23,384 nucleotides of DNA. It comes from Vitrella brassicaformis CCMP3155 (lineage: Eukaryota; Protista; Chromerida). The notes under the pieces were generated by a model. That model worked only from the letters and a program-made list of their open reading frames with translations, ran no database searches and was not told the origin of the DNA. The stretch is taken from positions 1 through 23,384 of the forward strand of contig CDMY01000760.1 of NCBI GenBank assembly GCA_001179505.1, written 5' to 3'. Of the stretch, positions 12,701-19,534 are shown piece by piece. How positions within the stretch are numbered: position 1 is the stretch's first letter; each line of letters opens with the position of its first letter. Both the position numbers and the translations under genes were made by a program.

Positions 12701-13028
12701 TGAGGTCAAGAGCAGTCTCACTGACGACTCAGCAGTCGTCTATCTGACCCTGAACGAGCTGCGACTTGCGCAGCAAATCCGCCACAAGTACTTCATTTAT
12801 CGGTGAGCAGGAGCAGAGCACACGGACGGAGATGGTGGTCAGTCTGTCATTGTGCTCTTGTGCAGTGTGATTGGCCTTCATGTTTCTGATGGCGCGGTGG
12901 CCGGGAGCAGTGAGAACAGCGATGTGGATTCGAAGGTCAGGGCTAATCTCAGTGTGTGCGTGGATCCGGTAGGGAAGATAGAAGCAGGGGAGATGAAGCT
13001 ACTGCTCTACACTGGCTATGACGCATAG
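735..13028 (+). CDS. NOV: Multi-exon NO VEIN (NOV)-like protein: N-terminal NOV-type helical region, sacsin-like GHKL ATPase, C-terminal DUF3883/NOV_C domain (roughly 3,000+ aa after splicing)
   Basis: ATG at 735, with exons joinable in frame at splice sites. Early exons: 735-884, 938-1087, 1158-~1450. DIG|ALWRHPEVVKSF and VEGFLSYLQDKK..LGLHLKN resemble NOV N-terminal motifs. EQRRLWLVAAAVGIHEW, WVIDDIRRH and ALERISKDLYERDFHFIFELIQNADD follow. C-terminus: GRIGEGIVCEHL..IVWVNEDSERGLPYDIV|..DIIEVKSS..LTLNEL..KYFIYR|VIGL..DPVGKIEAGEMKLLLYTGYDA* (TAG 13026-13028). Not every internal junction was traced. Confidence 0.9.
4307..4606. other. Assembly gap (300 N) flanked by poly-C, inside a predicted NOV intron (4243-4625)
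   Basis: N run between C homopolymers. The flanking exons join in phase 2 (..IVRH CA|G ALLRAKG..), so no exon needs to be missing. Confidence 0.9.
5610..6900 (+). other. Sacsin/NOV-type GHKL (Bergerat-fold) ATPase module of the NOV-like gene
   Basis: Motifs ELIQNADD (ExxxNxxD), NNECGF and IGRKGIGFKAVF (GxxGxGF), followed by WTTLIRLPF, DIRPTLLLFLNRL, AFLPLRESGFRFVLQ|ADW..SARD and WNQYL, in the order known for NOV/sacsin repeats. Confidence 0.92.
12386..13028 (+). other. DUF3883 (NOV_C) PD-(D/E)XK-fold domain, split over three exons
   Basis: VGRIGEGIV...WVNE..E.GLPYDI then IEVKSS then LTLNEL is the typical DUF3883 pattern. Introns: about 12526-12683 and 12803-12865. Confidence 0.85.
12617..12675 (+). 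repeat. (TTTG/TCTG)n microsatellite in a NOV intron
   Basis: GTTTGTTTGTTTGTTTGTTTGTCTGTTTGTCTGTTTGTCTGTTTGTTTGTTTGTT is seen directly. Confidence 0.95.
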
Positions 13029-13284
13029 CGAATAGGTTTTTTCATAGTGTACAGATGGGATTCTCCATGCGGCCACAAGTCTGGTTTCCATGTTCTTATC
13101 CCGCATTCTGCACACAAGGCATTCACACACAGTTTTGTTGCCCGGATTTCTATCCTTGTGTCTAAACGACACACGGTCCGGCAGCGTCAGCACAAATGGT
13201 ATTTTTTCTAGCAGCCATTCCCGCTGCTTGCCTCCTGATGACAAATTAATTTGTCCCTCCAACCTCTTGAAAACGCATGCATTT

Positions 13285-14102
13285 CGGGATCAAACAACTG
13301 GCACAGTGATTCTCCCCTCTCATCGAGCATGGATTTTGTGCCTGTTCCTTGCCAAGAAAATTGTGCAGTCATTCATTCATTCATTCATCAAGCGTCTCCT
13401 ATGAACGCATGAAAATGCATCCATGGAAACAATTCGTCTTGTGGTGTCCACACAAAGACATCGCAGTACAGCCTTCCATTCGCGCCTCATCGAGTTGCTG
13501 TTTTAGACGACAGCATCTCCGTGACCTCTCACAAGACCTCTTTCGCACCCTTACGACGGTCAGACAAAGCCACCTTCTAGAACACCTCGAGGTCCAGTAC
13601 TCGTTTAACGGCCATTTCCAGGACGGCCCTGTTTCTTGCGGCCTCGTCCAAGTTCGGCCAAACAAACTGCATAGTGGTATTCTCCTCTCATCAAAGGTGG
13701 ATTTTATTGCCAATGTATGGCGAGGAAAATTCTGCACTTCGTGTCTCGTGGTGCTCACAGTCCAAAGACATCCTGCTACCGCCTCCCATTCTCGCCTCTT
13801 TGCATTCCTGCTCTGGGCAGGCTACTTGCCGCCGCCATTACAGCCAGGAGAGGCCCCTTATGCACCCTTGCGACGTCAGAAAACCGCTCGAGAATACCCA
13901 GGCCCCCATACTTGTCTCACGGACAAGTCTAGCAGAGGCCCTTTTCTTCTCTTCTCGTATTTGTTGAGCCCAACAAAGCACACAGTCTTGTTCCCCTCCC
14001 ATCGAAGGTGGATTTGATGCTGAATGTGCAGCGAGGAAAAATACGATAGGTCTGTGTCTCGTTGGACCAACCCACAAAGCCTTCTTTGCAACTCTCTCTC
14101 CT
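13285..14102 (+). repeat. Right block of the same ~310-bp tandem repeat family (about 2.3 units)
   Basis: Core GGATTT at 13331, 13699 and 14010 (periods 368 and 311; the longer unit contains an (ATTC)n tract). Shared internal motifs: GTGGTG..CAAAGACATC, GCACCCTT(A/G)CGAC, AACAAA(A/G)C. Confidence 0.85.
13369..13390 (+). repeat. (ATTC)n microsatellite embedded in a 310-bp repeat unit
   Basis: TCATTCATTCATTCATTCATCA is seen directly. Confidence 0.9.
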
Positions 14103-14531
14103 GGAGGGTTTCATCGTGTTACCGCGATGTCATTCAAAGCTCCAATGCACGTATGCATGTTATTTCTTTCCGCGAGTCGTAACGCCGGAAAGGGGGGGAG
14201 GGGGGGGACAGACGGAGCTGTGGCTTTCAATGCAAATCGACGAAACCTTAAGCATCCAATGCAAATCTCTGGCGAGCTCGTTTCATTCTCGAACGCTCTT
14301 CGTAGCCGACGGTGGATCGTGATGGGAGAGTTTCTCATACAGGGACCTGCGCCCCGCCATTTTTGCGTTCGTCAGCGTGGACGGAGGCCATGTCGTTGCA
14401 TTGAAATTGTCAAGGCACCATTGTGTTCCGTCTGTCATGCGCCGCAAAAATAATGCGCATCTCAAAACCTAACAGCAGTGTCACATTCTATCTAGCACTA
14501 TCAGATGCATTGCAATGACTGTCGCCAAGTT

Positions 14532-17071
14532 CTACATCTTCATCGCAAGGAAGTCCTCAGAGAACACCGATTTCTGCGAACACGGACAAGCCAGCGTTCA
14601 AGAAAGCGCTATGTCTCAGTGATGCGGCGGTTTTCACCTCGATTTGCGTCTCTCCAAACTCAAGCTGATCTGCTTCAATCCTTTCTGAGTCACCAAGGGC
14701 CCTCAAGATGCTCGCGATCTGACAGAGATGCAGGCATGGTCGATGCATCACCGGAAGCGCTCTGCACACTGACCGGTGTGCTGCATACCTGTGGTGTGAC
14801 TCCCCTCGCCTTGAGTTCGTCCTCGGATGCCTCTCCCAGTGTGCCGACGAGATCCAGCACCTTGTAGATCTCACCCATCATCTTGAGCCTGCCGCTGTCC
14901 AGCACCAAGTCGCCCTTCTCGGCCTTGCCCTTGACCGTTGCAGCACTCACGCCGGCTGGCATGAACCCCCACTTCTCGTACTGCAGACAACGGCAACAAA
15001 ACAGACGATTTGAGACAAGACGGCCGCGTGACGTGCTGGTCTCACGTTGCTGAGCGCAGCATCCCTCTCGCCAGCAGGCAGGATGTTGAGGTATGTGGCC
15101 AGGAAGTCTGTCTCCATGGAGGCCTCGATCTCTTCCTCCACCTTGGGGTCCATGTCCTTGCCCACCATGCTGTTGACGACTGCTATGTCGTCAGGTCTGA
15201 TCGGCACGCCCTCAGGGGCGCCCTCGAGAAGCGACAGCATTTTCTGAACAGAGGCAATGGGAAGGCAAGGCACAGCCGGGTGGGGGCGATACTATTTCCA
15301 AGCGTTGCATCCACATACCTGGATGGTGCCCGCGGATGACTTCTTCTCGTTGATGAAGGAGTCCACAGTGCTGTCCTGATCAGCGCTGCCCACCATCGCC
15401 TTCAAACTGGTCAGCAGTTGCGGCACAGCGGCATCGATCTTGTCCTTGAGTCCTATGCTTGCGTCCGTCTCGGTCAAGACCTCCTTGATGGCTGCATCCA
15501 AACCGGCCTTGTCAGCAGTAAGCGCCTCTAGGGACGCGATGTAGGACGAGAGCTGGCCCATTGTGGCGCTCAAGACGGCGCCCTCAGACACGCCACCGGT
15601 GACTGCGGAAGAAACGACACCAATGTGATAAACACTCTCTCCCTTCGTTGTTGGCGTGTCACCTTCTTCCACTGAGGCCTTGTCGCTTGATGTTCCCTCC
15701 TCGGATGCGCCAGACTTGACCATCTTCTCGTAATCCTCACTTCGCTCCCTCTGCAGTACAACAGAAACCGAAAATTTCGGCGCCTCGTGTCAGCCTGCTT
15801 GCATATGTGTTACCTCGTCCGCCCAGTCTCCCACGTAGTCTGAGAGGTAGTCGGGCTCCTTTTTTTCTTCGCTAGGCTCCTGCACCGGATCGGGCAGCTC
15901 AGATGGGTTCTTGCCGACGGGACCTGCAGCCAAGCGCAAGGCAGGTGGGCAATGAGCCTCGGTGTGCCTGTCCTTTCTGTCCCTTACCAAGCATGACGGC
16001 CCACTGACGGTCCTCGTCAGTCTGACAGACACGACACATACAAGTGAGGACGCATCACTGAAATTGACTGTTCATCTATTGGCATTCCCATCATCCCCCT
16101 ACCGATGGCACGTCCTTGAGGTTCATCTCGGCGACCACCTTGGCAGCAGAGTCTGTCTTGAGCTGCTGTCGGCCGCGCACGGCCAGCTGCTCGTAGTAGT
16201 TGAAGTCGTCTGTCGGGATCAGGAATTTCTGAAATGAGAGGTAACCATCGCGAGTCAAGAAGAGATCGACGACGCATGCGCGAGCACAGATGGCAGTTCT
16301 GTGTGCGTACCACTCTGGTTGCCTTCTTCCCCTTGGCCTCGGCGTCAGGCGAGAGTTTGCCCGTCTCGATTTCAGCTGCAAGAAGGGAGAAGGTCACGCT
16401 GTGCTGGGCTGCGCGCGTGTGGTGTGTCTGATCTTACGTCCTGAGTCCCACTCTCCGAGCAGCTTCTCTTCAACCATTTCCGTCATGTCCTCAATGTCCT
16501 GCGCGCAGAGGCATTCGTGCAGCCAGATAGATGTGAGCTGTCCCGTTTCTTGTCATCTCACTCTCATGTCTTGTGGTGTTTCATCATCCACCCCCTCTCC
16601 CTTTGGTGGCCATTGGCTGCCACTCGTTCGCAAAATGTCACCGGCAAGACCCGACCCTGAGAACCATCGGATGCAGAGAAGCAAGCAACATCGGTCAGCG
16701 TTGTCTCGTGCACGTCCAGTCCAGTGTTCGTTCCCACCTCGCTTCGCCGGTGGTGGCGCGTAGTAGTGTGCCCTCGTCAGGCCGTTGCGAAAGGACTACA
16801 CCAAGCACAGCAAGCACACCAAGCACACGAGCTCTCACACACTGCATATGCACCCCGCGTGGCTTCTCCCATTGTGTATCTGTCTGCGTGTTCATCAGCT
16901 GAATGGTGCAATCGACCCAGATCTGCGGGCGCCTCTGATCGCCCCTTCCTTCCGTTGTGTGCCAACCCCCCTCACGTGTGTCCAAGATGACGGTGGAGCA
17001 TTGAAACAAAGGGCCGCGGGGACAACCAAAAGGAATGCGAAGAGCGCCGGGTCGACGGTGACCAGCTTCAT
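14532..17071 (-). CDS. Multi-exon acidic protein of unknown function with a predicted bipartite (signal + transit) plastid-targeting leader
   Basis: ATG at 17071: MKLVTVDPALFAFLLVVPAALC-FNAPPSSWTH. In-frame GT-AG joins give SFRNGLTRAHYY.., DIEDMTEMVEEKLLGEWDSG, KFLIPTDDFNYYEQLAVRGR, YLSDYVGDWADE, LSSYIASLEALTADKAGLDAAIKEVL, YEKWGFMPAG and a last exon KSVFSEDFLAMKM* (stop at 14532-14534). I do not recognise a domain. Confidence 0.75.
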
Positions 17072-17301
17072 TGTGCAGACCACACGCCCTGCGCAGCTGC
17101 GGCTGCCTTGCTGTAGATGGAGATGATAGATGCGCTGCGTGTGTAGGGCACAACGTGAAACAGTTCCTGTTGCGAGCGCAGAGCAGAAAGACGCTCCTTG
17201 GCACAGAGGAAGGCAGCTGCTGTGATCGCCCAACGTGTCAGCATTTCCGACTGATTTCGTTTCCTGATCTCGCCTGCCTCATGTGCTGATCTTGCCGCAT
17301 C
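17072..17301. promoter_or_regulatory. Candidate bidirectional promoter/5'UTR region between two divergent genes
   Basis: Only 230 bp separate the divergent start codons at 17071(-) and 17302(+). No specific motif was identified. Confidence 0.5.
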
Positions 17302-19204
17302 ATGTGCCAGTTCCGATGCTCTGCGGTCCTCCTGACCTCTTTCATCATCGCCCACCCCTCACTTGCTGCCCAGGATGCCTTGCTGCCGACAAGCCTTCAG
17401 GCAGCCTTCGTCCCATCAGCAGTGCGGTCATCGCTGCGTCTACCACGGCAACTGAAGCCTTCTCGGCTACCGCGTCTATCGTCTGACGGTCCTCCCGTGA
17501 GCGATGACGACGCATCTTTCACTCTTACTGTTGACAAGCCGGGGGAGCAAGCAGCACCGAGCCCTCCTATTGCACCGAAGGGCGCCCGTGTCTTGGACAG
17601 TGAGTGACTGACCAACACATCTTTACTTTACCTTGCCGGTATCTGTCTTCATGTGTGTCTTATGTATTGTGCGTGCCCATCCGTGCAGACTTCGGCACAA
17701 TTCCTCTGAAAATACAGAGCGCTATCATTTACCTGAATGAGTGGGTCCTCAAGAACGAGAACCGACCTGACGCTCAGCCGCTGATACAGGCGCTGTCGCG
17801 ACCGCCGGCTGCATCAAGTGAGCGACCGATGGGATGAGGACACTGTCACATTTGTTTGCATGTTGCTCTCGTGTGTGTGGGTGCTTGTCTGGGTAGGCAA
17901 CCTCGATGCGAACGACCCCATGAGTCTCCGCGACTCCGTCAACATCCAGAAGGGGAAGTTTGAGGAGGGCGAGGCCATCACTGAAGAGACGTTTCAGTTC
18001 GTGCAAACGCTGCAAACCCTGGGAGAGGAGGTACGGCACATAGACGCGGCACACGTGGGTACGCCAAGATGTGTCTGTGTCAGGACCCCGAGTTGCTTGA
18101 GGCCTACCGCGTGCTGAATGAGTGGCTCATCGAGAGCATGGGGGGGACGGAAGCCACGCAGGTACGCATACATTTCCCCCAGGGGTAGACCATCCAGAAA
18201 TGTTCATGTTGATTCACGTCAGGCGGCTCTCGAGAGGAATGTTGAGAAGTACGAGACCATGCTGAGGGAACAGAGCTCTCCGGATGCCACACGAATGGCC
18301 GCGCTGTCCCTCCCATCTGACGGAAAGCCGTTCGGCAGCCTTACACGGCCTCTGTCTCGCTCACCGGTAAGGCGCCACAAAGGGGGCGAATTCTCGCTTT
18401 ATACAAACTGTAGTCCGTCATGTGTATGCAGAGACTGTCTCGCGGTCTTTCAAGGCTGTTTGGTGGTCGATCCTTCAGCCTCCCTCTTACGCGTCTTCGG
18501 GCTACCCGAGAGGCACTTTCGATAGGCCAAGAAACCGAGACCACAGAGACCGAGGCCACCACACAGCCACAGGCCATCGCACAGACGCCAGTGAAGAAGA
18601 AACGGAGGTGGGCATCGAATGACTGCATGTGGTGAAAGTGGATTATTGATTGTGTGTTCTTCGTGCGTATGCATGCATTTGTCAGATGGGGTCTGTCTGA
18701 GTTTGCGACTTTGGCGTCCATCTTGTGTGCCCTCGACTGCACCGTGCTTCCTGCTTTCATGGCCACCGTGCCGATTCTTGGACTGGCGTCACCTGACAAG
18801 TTCGCCGCCCTCCACGCGCTCTCACACAAGGTACAGACAGACAGACCCACAACACGAGGACGTGCGCGTCATCTCGTCGCTCGCGTGTTCTGCATTCGTT
18901 TCAGCTTGCCTTGTACGTCATGGTTCCGATCGGTGCGATGGCCGTCGGCAGCAACTATGCGCAACACAAACGGTTCCCTCTGGCACTCTGGGGCGTTCTG
19001 GGCGTGGCTGCCATCTTCGCAGCCCACGTTGATGTTGCAAGCGTCCTGGTGGGCGTTCCTGCGTCTATCGCTCTGTGGATCCATTCGAAGCATCAGCTGA
19101 TCAGCGTCTTCGGTGCGGCCAACCTGATCGCCAGCAATTACTACAGTCACCAGCTGACACATGACCACGACGAACACGGGCATTGCTGCGACCACAAACA
19201 CTGA
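17302..19204 (+). CDS. Multi-exon, predicted plastid-targeted membrane protein with a C-terminal MerC-family domain and a His/Cys-rich tail
   Basis: ATG at 17302: hydrophobic leader, then QAAFVPS and an S/R/L-rich stretch. Exons splice in frame through LNEWVLK.., LNEWLIE.. and PVKKKRR|WGLSEFATLASILCALDCTVLP, then four predicted TM segments and HDHDEHGHCCDHKH* (TGA 19202-19204). Fusion of the 5' and 3' halves is predicted, not proven. Confidence 0.72.
18686..19204 (+). other. merC: MerC-like mercury/metal transporter domain
   Basis: ASILCALDCTVLP matches the MerC-family S.LCA(I/V)HC..LP motif. H..L..V.P....A....Y..H(K/R)..LALWGVLG and a final helix ..SV.GA..LIASNY follow the family layout. 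One intron at 18831-18904. Confidence 0.8.
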
Positions 19205-19534
19205 CATTCAGGCAGGCGAGTAGCCAAGAGTGGTTTTTGTAGTTTGACTCATCGAGGAAATGGTAGGGGGGCGCGCGTGTAGGGTTTATGGTTGAAGGAA
19301 AGGGCCGAGGGTATGTGGCTTAAGCTAAGAGAGTGGGGAGTGTCAAGATGTGCTGTCGGGTGGTGCGATTTTTATTGACTGACTTATCGCTCTTGTTGCT
19401 CTGATTCATGACATGACAGATTGAGAGGAGGGGAACACAGGCTGCATGAACAAATAATTCAACTGGTCCACTGCACATGGGAGGAATCACCAACAGTTCC
19501 CACGGCTACTAACAAACTGACACACTTCACGACC

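Noticed and set aside
13349-14017. 222-aa plus-strand ORF over the right repeat block
   Set aside because: Successive repeat units are read in different frames, it crosses a microsatellite and it has a non-ATG start, so it is probably a chance ORF.
121-14102. LTR retrotransposon or CRISPR interpretation of the flanking repeats
   Set aside because: No gag/pol, TG..CA termini or PBS/PPT were seen, and the enclosed gene is intron-rich. The units are long and degenerate, without short identical repeats and unique spacers.
16854-16925. WW-domain-like text (NTQTDTQWEKPR) on the minus strand
   Set aside because: It lacks the aromatic doublet of WW domains, needs a weak donor, and most simply lies within intron 16796-16975.
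19275-19295. Telomere-like TAGGGTTTATGGTT
   Set aside because: Fewer than two perfect units in a 3' intergenic region, so it is compatible with chance.
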